Assembly (NCBI GenBank): GCA_965203325.1
Contig: OZ241875.1
Coordinates: 3,680,001 to 3,744,000 of the forward strand
Length of the DNA stretch: 64,000 nucleotides
From: a bacterium
GTDB taxonomy: Bacteria; UBA8248
Reading direction: 5' to 3'
Each line of letters starts with the position of its first letter. Position 1 is the stretch's first letter. Of the stretch, positions 10,218 through 20,205 are shown one piece after another. Under the pieces are notes generated by a model, which worked only from the letters and a program-made list of their open reading frames with translations, ran no database searches and was not told the origin of the DNA. The position numbers were made by a program, and so were the translations under genes.

Positions 10218-11189
10218 TTAGTTGATCGGCACGGGCGGTACGACGAGCACGCCGTGCGCCCCGTTTCCCACGCGGATTTTCCTGATATTGCGGTGTGTTT
10301 TCGCGTCCATCACGAACACTTCCCTGGAATCGCGGTTCGTCACGTAGGCGAGCGCGCCGTCGGGCGTGAAGGCGATGAGGTCGGGCCGGATTCCCTGCCT
10401 GACGCTGGCGACGCGCTTTTGTGCGGGCAGGGAGAAGACCGACACCCTGTTCTTGTGCGGCAGGGTGAGGTAGAGGAACTTCCCGTCCGGGGTGATGAGG
10501 GCGTCGTGCGGTTCGCCGGAGAGTTTCATGGTGCGGATGATTTCCAGGGTATCGAGGTCGACCACGCTGTAGGAGTTCCGCTCCCCGTTCATGACGTAGA
10601 GCCTTTTGCCGTCGCGCGTCACGTCGATGCCCTCGATGTAGTGGCCCGCTTCGATCTGCTTGATCGGTTTTCTCGTCTCGAGATCGACGACAGAGACGTC
10701 CTCGCTGAGCTCGTTCGCCACGAAGGCGAGGCGGCCGTCGGGGCTCAGTTTGATGTTCACCGGGTTGTTCCCCCCGTGCTTGATGAGGCCGATGATCCGG
10801 CGCGCCGCGACATCGAGAATCGTCACGTTGTCCGAATAGGTGTTCACGAAATAGGCGAGCGCGCCGTCGGGGGAGAACGCCAGGTTGTAGGGGTCGCGGC
10901 CCGCGCGCACGCGGCGGACGAATTTGAGCTTGTGCGTGTCGAAAATGCGCACGAAGGCGCTGCCGTCGTTGATGACGTAGGCGTGGCGCCCGTCGGGCGC
11001 GAGGGAGAGGCGGTTCGCCTTCCTGCCGGCGGGGATCGTTGCGATGACCTCATGCGTTTCGCGCGAGATGACGCTCAGCGTGCCGTCGCGCGTGTTCGTG
11101 ACGAGAATCCGCTCGCCCGCCGCGAGCGCGAGCGCGGGAGCCGAGAGCAGAATAGAGGAGATGACAAGTGAGAGAGTAATGTCGCGCAT
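10218..11189 (-). CDS. YVTN-type/cytochrome d1-like beta-propeller protein, exported
   Basis: Signal peptide and repeated (S/T)PDGxxAY(V/F)xN blades. Confidence 0.85.
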   Translation of the reverse strand: MRDITLSLVISSILLSAPALALAAGERILVTNTRDGTLSVISRETHEVIATIPAGRKANRLSLAPDGRHAYVINDGSAFVRIFDTHKLKFVRRVRAGRDPYNLAFSPDGALAYFVNTYSDNVTILDVAARRIIGLIKHGGNNPVNIKLSPDGRLAFVANELSEDVSVVDLETRKPIKQIEAGHYIEGIDVTRDGKRLYVMNGERNSYSVVDLDTLEIIRTMKLSGEPHDALITPDGKFLYLTLPHKNRVSVFSLPAQKRVASVRQGIRPDLIAFTPDGALAYVTNRDSREVFVMDAKTHRNIRKIRVGNGAHGVLVVPPVPIN

Positions 11190-11199
11190 GGTATGAAAC

Positions 11200-11634
11200 C
11201 TAGCGGCCTTGTTGTTTCAAAAACGCCTCTTTCGCCTTGGGGTCGAAGCGGCAATCGCACATCTTGCGGATCAGGGCCACCAAATCACGAATTTCCTGTT
11301 TTGTAAACACGTTGCCCCACGGCGGCATAATGGGGGAGAGGTCGCTCGCCCCGCCTCCGCGGGTGATGGTGCGCACCATGTCTTCATCGGAGAACTGGGC
11401 CATGTCCTTGCCGTCGGTGAGGTTGCGGGGGTTCACGGGCAGCTTATCGGTGTTGTTCACTCCCTTACCGTCTCCCTTGGGGCCGTGGCACTGGATGCAG
11501 TACCAGCGGAAGTTCTCCTGTGCGCTCACACGGTTCGCGTGCTCCTCCGCGTCTGCAAGAAGCGGGGCGTTCGCCGTCGCCATGATGCAGGCGGATATGA
11601 GCGTCCCGCTGATGAGACGCGATAAAGGCTTCAT
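11200..11634 (-). CDS. Monoheme cytochrome c
   Basis: Signal peptide, CIQCHG, distal MPPWG. Confidence 0.88.
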   Translation of the reverse strand: MKPLSRLISGTLISACIMATANAPLLADAEEHANRVSAQENFRWYCIQCHGPKGDGKGVNNTDKLPVNPRNLTDGKDMAQFSDEDMVRTITRGGGASDLSPIMPPWGNVFTKQEIRDLVALIRKMCDCRFDPKAKEAFLKQQGR

Positions 11635-12350
11635 TTGAAGCTCGCGATATAGGCGGCGAGAGCGATGAAGTCTTTATCGCTCAGCTTCGTGAACGGTTTA
11701 TCCCCATACACCGGCATCCTGCCGTTGGGGTTGTAGCGCGCAGGCTTTTTGAGGAAAGCCACGATGAAATCGGGGTTCAGCCTGCCTCCCGCCCCTTTGA
11801 AATGGGGCGCGCTGTGGCCGCCCACCTCGATTTTCGTCCGGTACACCGTCTTTCGTATCGCGACCATGTGGCACGAATAACACGGCTGTTTTTTTTGAAA
11901 CAGGATTCTCGCCCTCCTGAGCACTTTTCGGGGGACTTTCTTCCACCGCGGAACGACGCCGGCCGGCATTTCGGGATCTGTAAAGCTTTCCAGATATGCC
12001 GCCACCTTCGCCGCCTCCTCCTCGGGCAGGGCAGGGTGCGGGTATTTGCCCCGCTTCATGGTGCCGTAGACGACGCCGCGAAAAGGTTCGGGTTCCGCGA
12101 GCCATTTCGCCAGAAAGCCGGGCAGAAACTTGCTTCCCGCATACCAGAGCGTAGGGCCTTTGATTCCGTGGCGCGCAGGCGGGGGTATCCTGGTTTCAGG
12201 GCCTTTCAGGGTGTGGCAGCTTCCGCAGTTGTTTCGCTCGAAAAGGGATTTTCCCTCCTGAACCTCCGCCCCGGATGTATGGGCGCACATGAGCAGGAGA
12301 GAGAAAACTGATGCGAACGCGAGGGGAAACATCTTTATCATGCGTTTCAT
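11631..12350 (-). CDS. Diheme cytochrome c
   Basis: Signal peptide, CGSCH and CYSCH, GRMP. Confidence 0.85.
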   Translation of the reverse strand: MKRMIKMFPLAFASVFSLLLMCAHTSGAEVQEGKSLFERNNCGSCHTLKGPETRIPPPARHGIKGPTLWYAGSKFLPGFLAKWLAEPEPFRGVVYGTMKRGKYPHPALPEEEAAKVAAYLESFTDPEMPAGVVPRWKKVPRKVLRRARILFQKKQPCYSCHMVAIRKTVYRTKIEVGGHSAPHFKGAGGRLNPDFIVAFLKKPARYNPNGRMPVYGDKPFTKLSDKDFIALAAYIASFK

Positions 12351-12416
12351 CCGGTTCGTCCTTGATCGGTTCGAATCGGCGCGGGCGGTAACGGGGTGGA
12401 GTTTGCCGAAAAAGCC

Positions 12417-13514
12417 TCACTTCGGCAACTCGGGGGTTTTGACCTCGGGGAGGTCGCCCGTGAGCGCGCCCATGAAGGCGATCAGGTCCTCTTTTTCGGT
12501 CTTCGTGAGCTTGAGCGGCTTCATGTCCGGGTCGAGGTGCGGGTTCGGGTGTCCGCCCTCGTCGTAGAAATCGATCACTTCCGCAAGCGTGGCGAAGCGG
12601 CCGTCGTGCATGTAGGGCGCCGTGTAGGTGATGTGGCGAAGTGTGGGCGTCTTGAACTTACCCCGGTCCTTGATTTTTTTGGTGATCGCCTCTCGCCCGA
12701 GTTGCAGGGGCTTCTTGTCCATCCCGACGCCCAGATTGTGGAACTTATCGTCCGTGAAGGGCGCGCTGAACTCGTCCACCAGGTGGCATTTCACGCAATT
12801 TCCCTTGGTTCTAAAGACCTCGAATCCCCTGATGGCGCGGGACGAGAGCGCGGACTCATCTCCCTCGTATTTCCAGCGGTCGAACGGGGAATTCCCCGAC
12901 AGCAGGGTGCGCTCGAAGGTGGCGATGGCCTGAACGACTCGTTCCAGGCTGATCCCCGGGCTTCCGAACGCCGCTGCGAATCGCTCCCGGTACTCCGGGA
13001 TAGCCCCGAGCGTGCGGATGATTCTCTCTTCGCTCGAAGCCATCTCGCTCGGGTGGAGTATGGGCCCTTTGGCCTGTTCCTCGAGGCTGCCCGCGCGCCC
13101 GTCCCAGAACTGGGACTCGTTGTAGGCGGCGTTGATGACGGTGGGCACGTTCCGGAGTGTGAGCCTGCCCTCGAAGCCGATTCCGTACTGGCGCGCGTTC
13201 GAGAATCCGCGCCGGGGCATGTGGCACGTCGCGCAGGAGACCTTCCCGTCGCCTGAGAAACGTTTTTCGAAATAAAGCAGCCTTCCGAGTTCGATCTTGG
13301 GCCGCGTCATGGGGTTGTCATCGGGCACGGGCACGTCGTCGAGGCCGAGCGGCGGTTCCGGGGGGAGTTCTTCCTGCGCGCGCGCGTCCTGCGGGTGCGC
13401 AGGTGGTGCGGGTATCCACCCGAGCACCGCTGTCAGGAAACACAGCGCTGCGATTCGCGCGAGATGAAACACGGTTTTCCTCTTCGAACCGGGCGGCCAG
13501 GCAGGGCGGATCAA
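12417..13514 (-). CDS. Diheme cytochrome c peroxidase/MauG-like protein
   Basis: ELGRLLYFEKRFS, SCATCH, QFWDGRA, CVKCH, FKTPTLR, TAPYMHDG. Confidence 0.9.
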   Translation of the reverse strand: MIRPAWPPGSKRKTVFHLARIAALCFLTAVLGWIPAPPAHPQDARAQEELPPEPPLGLDDVPVPDDNPMTRPKIELGRLLYFEKRFSGDGKVSCATCHMPRRGFSNARQYGIGFEGRLTLRNVPTVINAAYNESQFWDGRAGSLEEQAKGPILHPSEMASSEERIIRTLGAIPEYRERFAAAFGSPGISLERVVQAIATFERTLLSGNSPFDRWKYEGDESALSSRAIRGFEVFRTKGNCVKCHLVDEFSAPFTDDKFHNLGVGMDKKPLQLGREAITKKIKDRGKFKTPTLRHITYTAPYMHDGRFATLAEVIDFYDEGGHPNPHLDPDMKPLKLTKTEKEDLIAFMGALTGDLPEVKTPELPK

Positions 13515-13527
13515 AGATTCTCCGGCG

Positions 13528-13920
13528 TCATGTTCTTTTCAGCAACTCGATGCTGACGCCGTCGGGCGCCTCGATGAAGGCGATGCGCGTCGTCGGGTTG
13601 AATTGTACCGGTTCCACGGTGAATTTCACGCCCTTTTTCTTGAGGTCGTCGCAATAGGCGTCGAAATCGCCCGAAACCTCGAAGGCGAAATGATCCGTCC
13701 CCCATTCGAGGCCGCCCTTATCCCCTGCGCTCTCACCCGTTCTCTCCCCCCGGACGATGACCGTGGCGCCGTTGAATTTTACGGGAATCTGCGGCGCGCC
13801 CTTGAACACGCCGCCCTCTCCGCGCTCGCCGCCGAGATTCTCGACGAACCAGTTCACGCTCGCCTCGGGGTCTTTGCTGATGACGTGCACGTGATCGAAT
13901 ACGATGCCGGCTGAACTCAT
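13528..13920 (-). CDS. VOC/glyoxalase family protein
   Basis: FDHVH, DHFAFEV, AFIEAPDGVSIEL. Confidence 0.85.
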   Translation of the reverse strand: MSSAGIVFDHVHVISKDPEASVNWFVENLGGERGEGGVFKGAPQIPVKFNGATVIVRGERTGESAGDKGGLEWGTDHFAFEVSGDFDAYCDDLKKKGVKFTVEPVQFNPTTRIAFIEAPDGVSIELLKRT

Positions 13921-13992
13921 TTCTAGGCTCCTATTTCAATTAACCATCTCAAGCGCGCGACGCAGTCGCACGCCCTGAATTCATCCTTTTGC

Positions 13993-14643
13993 TTAGGCGT
14001 CCCAGGTGACGTCCCCGAATTCATCCGGCCCCGGTCTTCCCGCGGCCCGGAACCCGGCGACTTCCGCCTTGCTCTGCGCGACGGTGCTGTTCGCTCCGTG
14101 GCCGGGGTAGAGCACCGTGTCGTCCGGCAGGGCGAACACCTTGTTCTCGATGGAATCGAGCGACGTGAGCAGTTGTTCGTGGTTCCAGGTCTTTCCGGGA
14201 CCGCCGGGGAAAATCGTGTCTCCGCAGACGCAGTGGCCCGGATAATAGAACATCAGCATGCCCTTGCAGTGCCCGGGCGTGTGGATGGCCTTGAGCGTAA
14301 TCTCGCCGAAAGTGATCTCCTCGCCGTCCGCGATGGTGAAATCAGGGCTGATGCCGAACTCTTTGGCGTCCTCGGCATGCTGGCCCAGGGGTGCGCCCGT
14401 ACGGCTGCGCACCTCATCGAGCGCGTCGATGTGGTCGCCGTGGCAATGGGTCTGTAGAATGTATTTGGGCGTGGCGCCTTCGCACGCGGCGAGAATCGGC
14501 TCGGCGGAATGGGAGGTGTCGATGATGACGCACTCCTTCGTCGCCTTGCACGTCAGCACGTACACGTTGTTGCTGTAGGGGCCGATGTTGAGCTTCTGGA
14601 AATCGAGTGCGGGAAGGTCCACTCTCTGGTCGAATTCACCCAT
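13993..14643 (-). CDS. Metallo-beta-lactamase fold hydrolase (glyoxalase II-like)
   Basis: THCHGDH, HTPGH, GDTIF, LYPGHG. Confidence 0.9.
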   Translation of the reverse strand: MGEFDQRVDLPALDFQKLNIGPYSNNVYVLTCKATKECVIIDTSHSAEPILAACEGATPKYILQTHCHGDHIDALDEVRSRTGAPLGQHAEDAKEFGISPDFTIADGEEITFGEITLKAIHTPGHCKGMLMFYYPGHCVCGDTIFPGGPGKTWNHEQLLTSLDSIENKVFALPDDTVLYPGHGANSTVAQSKAEVAGFRAAGRPGPDEFGDVTWDA

Positions 14644-14751
14644 GGTGTTTTCTCTCCTTTGTCTGATGAATGCCGGCGTTCACGAAGACGAGGTGACAGG
14701 AAACTTTACTGCCTTAACCGGGCAGACCACAACCTTGAGTTGAGAAATTTC

Positions 14752-15426
14752 ATGGACAAACCCTTCGTATACGCGAATCTGGCGGTGACGCTCGACGGCA
14801 AAATCGCAAGTTTCGACCGCGAGGATTTCTCCTTAGGTTCGAGAGCGGATCGCCTGGAGATGGATCGGCTCAGGGCCAGGGCGGACGCCGTGATATGGGG
14901 CGGCGAGACGCTCAGGACGGCGCGGCATCCTGCGCGGGTGCGTGAGGAATCCCTCGTGAGTGATCGGGTCGAGCGCGGCCTCCCGCCGCATCCGGCGAAC
15001 GTTCTTGTTACGAAAAGCGGCGATTTCCCCGATAAATTGCCGTGGTTTTCGAGCGATGAAATCGAGCGGTTCATATTCACTGCGCCTGAGGGCGCGCACC
15101 GCCTCACAGAAGACAGGGCCGGAGGCGCGAATATTGTCATTCTGGACGAGGCGGAACCTCTCGCGCCACAGGTGCTGGCCCATTTTGGGGAGTGCGGGAT
15201 GAAGAATGTGTTGATAGAGGGTGGCGGATCCCTGGTATGGGAGTTCGCCCGTTATATCGACGAATTTCACGTGACGCTTACCCCCTGGCTGGCTGGCGGC
15301 TCCGACGCTCCCACGCTCATGGACGGACCGGGTTTCCCCTCGGGCGAGTTTCTGGGGCTCGCGCTCGTGGAGGTCCGGCAAGAGGGGGATGAGCTGTTCC
15401 TGCGCTACAAGGCGAAGCGCGAGTGA
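14752..15426 (+). CDS. RibD C-terminal/dihydrofolate reductase-like protein
   Basis: AVTLDGKIA, LRARADAVIWGGET, VLIEGGG, DEFHVTLTP. Confidence 0.85.
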   Translation: MDKPFVYANLAVTLDGKIASFDREDFSLGSRADRLEMDRLRARADAVIWGGETLRTARHPARVREESLVSDRVERGLPPHPANVLVTKSGDFPDKLPWFSSDEIERFIFTAPEGAHRLTEDRAGGANIVILDEAEPLAPQVLAHFGECGMKNVLIEGGGSLVWEFARYIDEFHVTLTPWLAGGSDAPTLMDGPGFPSGEFLGLALVEVRQEGDELFLRYKAKRE

Positions 15427-15443
15427 GGCATCACGCACCGGGA

Positions 15444-15972
15444 GTGTTGGGAAAGTGCTGTTCTTGAAAACCAACCCCCCGGTCCCTCCTTGTCAGGGGG
15501 TAAAGGTGATGTCTCAGACAAGAAAAGCAACCCCCCCTACCCCCCCCCCCTTAACAGGGGGGTATAAAAAGGCGACGCCCACCGCCGGCAGCGGGGCTTT
15601 TGTTTTTTCTTGCCCCCCTGTTAAGGGGGGGGTAGGGGGGGTTGCTCCTTTGGCAAAGGCTTTTTCACCAACCCCGCCTTGGTCGGAATCGACCCCTGGA
15701 AGGTTGTTCTAAATTGACTAGGAAGGGAATTCACTCCCCCCTTGAGGGTCTGGCTTCCCGAGGGGAAAGCCAGACGGTGAGGTGAGGGGGCTTTTACCCG
15801 AAACCGAACCGGTGGGGGGAGTTTTTTTCTGTGGCATGTCCCCCCACCGATTCAGCCTTCGCATAAATCGCTCGGCTTCATCGACTCCCCCTCAAGGGGG
15901 GAGTTGATTTGAAATTCTCTTTGGTGGAGAGAGTGCCGTAGATAACGAACGCCGGCTATTTCACCAACCCCA
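15444..15972. repeat. Cluster of palindromic REP/MITE-like repeats
   Basis: CCCCCCCTACCCCCC...AGGGGG family (also near 59236-59285) and TCACTCCCCCCTTGAGGG...CCCCCTCAAGGGGGGAG family (also 17170 and 59372). Confidence 0.8.
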
Positions 15973-16087
15973 CACCGCGCGGATTGAACCGCCACCGCTC
16001 CGTGTGATACTCATAAAAGCCTGAAAATCATTTTCTCGCAATACTTCAAAAGGCGTATTCCGTTGTCATCGCCGGGAGGAGGAGGCC

Positions 16088-17080
16088 GTGGCCACCAGGG
16101 CGAAGAAGAGAAGATCGGCGAAGCCGAAGAGGTTGACGAAAAAAGACCTGAACGCGATGTACCGCAACATGCTGCGCATCCGCCGCTTCGAGGAGAAGAC
16201 GGACGAGTTCTTCATGGCGGGCCGGGTGAAGGGGGCGGTCCACGTGAGCATCGGGCAGGAGGCGTGCTCGGTCGGCGTCTGCACCGCGCTCGAGGATGAA
16301 GACGCTATCCTCACCACCCACCGGGGCCACGGGCACTCCATCGCTAAGGGCACCCGGATGCCCGAGATGATGGCCGAGCTTCTCGGCAAGTCCACCGGTC
16401 TCTGCAAGGCGCGTGGCGGCTCCATGCACATCGCCGACATCTCGAAGGGCCACTACGGCGCGCACTCCATCGTGGGGGCGAACATGCCGATGGCCACGGG
16501 GATGGGCCTCGCCTATCAGTTGGAAGGCCAAGGCCGCGTGGCGGTGGTCTTCTTCGGGGACGGCGCCTCGAACCAGGGCAGTTTTCACGAGTCGATGAAC
16601 CTGTGCGCCATCTGGAAGCTGCCCGTCATCTTCTTCTGCGAGAACAACCACTACGCGGTGAGCTACCACGTGGAGCGCTCAACTGCTGTAAAAGACATCA
16701 GCGTGCGCGCACAGGGCTACGACTCGCCGGGCCTCACGGTGGACGGCATGGACGTCGTGGCCGTCTACGAGGCGACGGCCGAGGCCGTGCGCCGTGCGCG
16801 CGAGGGGGGCGGCCCGAGCCTCATCGAGGCGAAGACGTATCGCTTCTTCGGCCACTCGCGCGGCGACCCCCAGTTCGGCCCGTACCGCACGAAAGAAGAG
16901 GTGGACGAGTGGCGAAAGCGCGACCCGCTCACGATCGCGGCCGACATGCTGAAACTCACCGAAGCGCAGAAAAAGGCGCACCTGAAAGCCGTGGATAAGG
17001 AGCTCAACGACGCCATCGACTTTGCGGAGGGCAGCCCCGAGGCCACGCTCGAATCGGCACTCGAGGACGTGTATGCCTAG
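16088..17080 (+). CDS. TPP-dependent 2-oxoacid/acetoin dehydrogenase E1 alpha subunit
   Basis: HVSIGQEA, THRGHGH, RGGSMH, FFGDGA...ENNHY, KTYRFFGHS. Confidence 0.93.
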   Translation: MATRAKKRRSAKPKRLTKKDLNAMYRNMLRIRRFEEKTDEFFMAGRVKGAVHVSIGQEACSVGVCTALEDEDAILTTHRGHGHSIAKGTRMPEMMAELLGKSTGLCKARGGSMHIADISKGHYGAHSIVGANMPMATGMGLAYQLEGQGRVAVVFFGDGASNQGSFHESMNLCAIWKLPVIFFCENNHYAVSYHVERSTAVKDISVRAQGYDSPGLTVDGMDVVAVYEATAEAVRRAREGGGPSLIEAKTYRFFGHSRGDPQFGPYRTKEEVDEWRKRDPLTIAADMLKLTEAQKKAHLKAVDKELNDAIDFAEGSPEATLESALEDVYA

Positions 17081-17106
17081 AAGAGGGGATGGTGGAATCA
17101 TTGACC

Positions 17107-17393
17107 CCTGAGGGGGTTGTTGAAAAGTCCTGATGAACGAGGTGTTGACGCGACCGATGAGAGCAGATTTCACTCCCCCCTTGAGGGGGAGTCGCAGAAG
17201 CCGAGCGTTTTTTGCGAAGGCTGATGCGGTGGGGGGAGGTTTACTCTGTGGCATGTCCCCCCACCGGCGCGACTTCGGGCTTTGTCCTCGTCTTGCCGAC
17301 TCCCCCTCAAGGGGGGAGTTGATTTGAAATGCTCTTTGTGGAGAGAGATCGCCGCAGGTGACGTACACCGGCTTTTTCAGCAACCCCCTCAAG
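17107..17393. mobile_element. MITE-like element with terminal inverted repeats between E1 alpha and E1 beta
   Basis: GAGGGGGTTGTTGAAAA / TTTTCAGCAACCCCCTC termini enclosing the CACTCCCCCCTTGAGGGGGAGTC...GACTCCCCCTCAAGGGGGGAG palindrome; no ORF. Confidence 0.65.
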
Positions 17394-17550
17394 GGGGGAG
17401 TGAAAAAAGCTCAAGCAGCGGAGAGTGTTTTTCGAGAAGGAATGATGAATTGATCGGCAAAAAGAAGTTGCCAACCAAAGTATATAATTCCCCTGGAAAT
17501 TCCCGTTCCGTGGCGCGGCGCGCCCGGTGAAAACACTGGAGAGAAATGAG

Positions 17551-18531
17551 ATGCGAGAGATCACATTTGTGGATGCGTTGACCGAAGCCCATCACGAGGA
17601 GATGGAGCGCGATGAGCGCGTGATCGTCATGGGCGAGGACGTGGAGCTTGCCTACGTCTTCGGCGTGACGAAGGGCCTCGCGGAGAAATTCGGGCGCGAC
17701 CGCGTGCGCGATACGCCTATCAGCGAACTCGGCATCGTGGGCGCGGGCGTGGGCGCCGCCATGGCGGGTTACCGCCCCATCGTCGAGATCATGTTCATGG
17801 ATTTCATCATGCTGGCGATGGACCCGCTCATCAACCAGGCGGCCAAGCTGCGCTACATGCTGGGCGGGCAGTTGAGCGTGCCCCTGGTCGTGCGCACCCC
17901 CGGCGGCGGCGGCGTGCAGTACGGTCCCACGCACAGCCAGTGCCTGGAAGCCTGGTTCATGCAGATACCGGGCATCAAAGTGGCGGCGCCGAGCGACCCC
18001 GCCGACGCCAAGGGCCTCATGTGCGCGGCGATAAGGGACGACAACCCCGTGCTCATGGTGGAGCACAAGATGCTCTACAAGATGAAGGGTGCAGTCCCCG
18101 AGGGTGAGCACGTCACCCCCTTCGGGCAGGCCGCCGTGAAGCGCGAAGGCGGCGACATCACCCTCATCGGCGTGGGCTACCAGGTGCACAACTGCCTGGC
18201 GGCGGCGGATGAACTTGAAAAAGAGGGCATCAGCGCGGAAGTGGTCGACCCCAGGACGCTGGCCCCGCTCGACACCGCGACGCTCGCCGAATCGGTCCGC
18301 AAGACGAACCGCTGCATCATTGTCGAGGAAGGGCACTTGAGGAGCGGCGTGGGCTCTGAGATTTCCGCCGCCGTCCAGGAGGAAGCCTTCGACTACCTCG
18401 ACGCCCCCATCGGCCGCGTGGCCGCCCTCGACGCGCCCATCCCCTTCGAGCCCCGCCTCGAGGACTTCGTGCTCCCCAACACCGCCAACGTCGTCGACGC
18501 CGCGAAGAAGGCGCTGGGGGTGAGTGTGTAA
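17551..18531 (+). CDS. TPP-dependent 2-oxoacid/acetoin dehydrogenase E1 beta subunit
   Basis: MGEDV, RVRDTPISE, RPIVEIMFMDF, HSQCLEAW, EVVDPRTLAPLD. Confidence 0.93.
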   Translation: MREITFVDALTEAHHEEMERDERVIVMGEDVELAYVFGVTKGLAEKFGRDRVRDTPISELGIVGAGVGAAMAGYRPIVEIMFMDFIMLAMDPLINQAAKLRYMLGGQLSVPLVVRTPGGGGVQYGPTHSQCLEAWFMQIPGIKVAAPSDPADAKGLMCAAIRDDNPVLMVEHKMLYKMKGAVPEGEHVTPFGQAAVKREGGDITLIGVGYQVHNCLAAADELEKEGISAEVVDPRTLAPLDTATLAESVRKTNRCIIVEEGHLRSGVGSEISAAVQEEAFDYLDAPIGRVAALDAPIPFEPRLEDFVLPNTANVVDAAKKALGVSV

Positions 18532-18925
18532 AACAGGAGCAGTTTCCATCAGAAGATAGTAGAGCGGTTTGGAAAATTAGACTGATGAGATCAAATCCGA
18601 CTGAGGAGGGGCTGTTTAAGAAGTCCCTTACCGTGAACCTCCCACCCCCCTTGTCATAAGGGGCTTTTCCACCATCCTCCCATTATTAAAATTTAATGCT
18701 TAAACCTTGATAATGAAATTTCTTATTAAGCTTTAGCGCGATATAACTGAAAGTAGGGGTTCTTTATTAATTTTTTAGTATTAACTCTTAATAACGGAAT
18801 TTCTTATGGAGCCTTGGTGAATCAGAATTTCCTCAATACCTGTCCGGCACGAAGGTCTGATCGCTGAAGGGAGGGGGGGCAGCCTGTCTGAGAGGAGCAC
18901 CCTTCGACGCAAACGCTCATTTATA

Positions 18926-19262
18926 GGGGTTGTTGAAAAAGTCCTCTCCGCTCGGAATTGACCACCGCCGTCATTCCGGCGAAAGCCGGAATGACGAACC
19001 AAATCCGCACCGCCTCATCCTGAGTAGCGGCGAAGCCGCGTATCGAAGGGCGAGGCCCCGCACCTGCCGGGGGACGTTCGTCCCTCCTCCTTCGATACGG
19101 CGCTGGCGCGCCTACTCAGGGTGAGGTCGGTATGGAGGCTGCTTGGATCGAGAGAAAACAGTCCCCTCATCCCGAGTAGGCCCGAAGGGCCGTATCGAGG
19201 GATACGCACCCGGCGTCATCCCGCCTCGACAAAAACGGGCGGCTCACGAGCCGCCCCTACGG
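18926..19262. repeat. Cluster of palindromic REP-like repeats
   Basis: CTCATCCTGAGTAGCGGCGAAGCCGCGTATCGAAGG and an inverted partner (also at about 59096 and 59600), CGTCATTCCGGC-GAAA-GCCGGAATGACG hairpin, GGGCGGCTCACGAGCCGCCCCTAC. Confidence 0.75.
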
Positions 19263-19437
19263 GAAGATCACCAAGCGAACGAACGCGAAGAGACACCGAA
19301 TTCCGCAACCCCTCCTACCTCAGTCGGGTCAATCGCTCCTTCATCAATCGTGTTTGACCCTCACCGCATCCGCCTTTGCCAAAACGCCCTTGCATCCGAC
19401 CCGTTCGTGGACTATATTCAGCCCACAGGAGGCGGCC

Positions 19438-19713
19438 ATGACCCTTTCGAACCGGATAAAACCCATCAGTTACTTAAAGGCGCATGCCGCGGAGATCGTC
19501 CGTACGCTCGGGGAGCGGGGGGAGCCCCTGGTGATCACCCAGAACGGAGAAGCCAAGGTGGTCATGCAGGACATCGACAGTTACGAGCGGATGCAGGAGA
19601 CGCTCGCCCTGCTCAAGATTCTCGCCCTGGGCGACCGCCAGGTTGAAGCCGGGCGGACGCAACCCGCCGCCGATGTGACGGCGCGGCTCCGGGAGCGGCT
19701 ATCGGCCCGCTGA
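19438..19713 (+). CDS. Phd/YefM family antitoxin
   Basis: IKPISYLKAHAAEI...PLVITQNGEAKVV; overlaps toxin start (TGATG). Confidence 0.9.
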   Translation: MTLSNRIKPISYLKAHAAEIVRTLGERGEPLVITQNGEAKVVMQDIDSYERMQETLALLKILALGDRQVEAGRTQPAADVTARLRERLSAR

Positions 19714-20039
19714 TGCCTTTTGCGGTCCATATGAGCGAGGACGCGGCGCGCGACCTGGAAGATATCTGCGATTACATCGAGCGGCGCGATTCGCCGGCCG
19801 CTGCCGGCCATGTGCTCGATCGGATCGAAGAGGCGTTCGCAGGGCTGACCGAGCATCCCCTGCGCGGCGCTTTCCCGAAGGAATTGCTGGATATCGGAAT
19901 CCGCGAATACCGCGAAGTTTTCTTCAAGCCCTACCGGATTATCTACCGGGTTATGGACGAGAACGTCTACGTGCTGCTGATCGCAGACGGCAGGCGCGAT
20001 ATGCGGACGTTGCTGGAGCGCCGCCTGCTTCTGGCGTGA
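19713..20039 (+). CDS. RelE/ParE family toxin
   Basis: AARDLEDICDYI, YREVFFKPYRIIYRV, IADGRRD. Confidence 0.9.
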   Translation: MPFAVHMSEDAARDLEDICDYIERRDSPAAAGHVLDRIEEAFAGLTEHPLRGAFPKELLDIGIREYREVFFKPYRIIYRVMDENVYVLLIADGRRDMRTLLERRLLLA

Positions 20040-20205
20040 ACAGCGAACCGGGCGTTTTTGAAAATGTGCGTGTTGCCGGGCGGTTGAAGGGTAGGGCGCG
20101 CCCGGCGAACTCTCCCTCATCGGTCGAGTTCGACTCTTTGACTAATCCTCCGCCCTAGGCGAAACTGCCAGAAGCTGCTCCACGAGGCAGGCCGGAGAAA
20201 AGCGA

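Noticed and set aside
15444..19262. Repeat clusters as possible CRISPR arrays
   Set aside because: No regular repeat-spacer periodicity and no cas genes; they are inverted palindromic pairs
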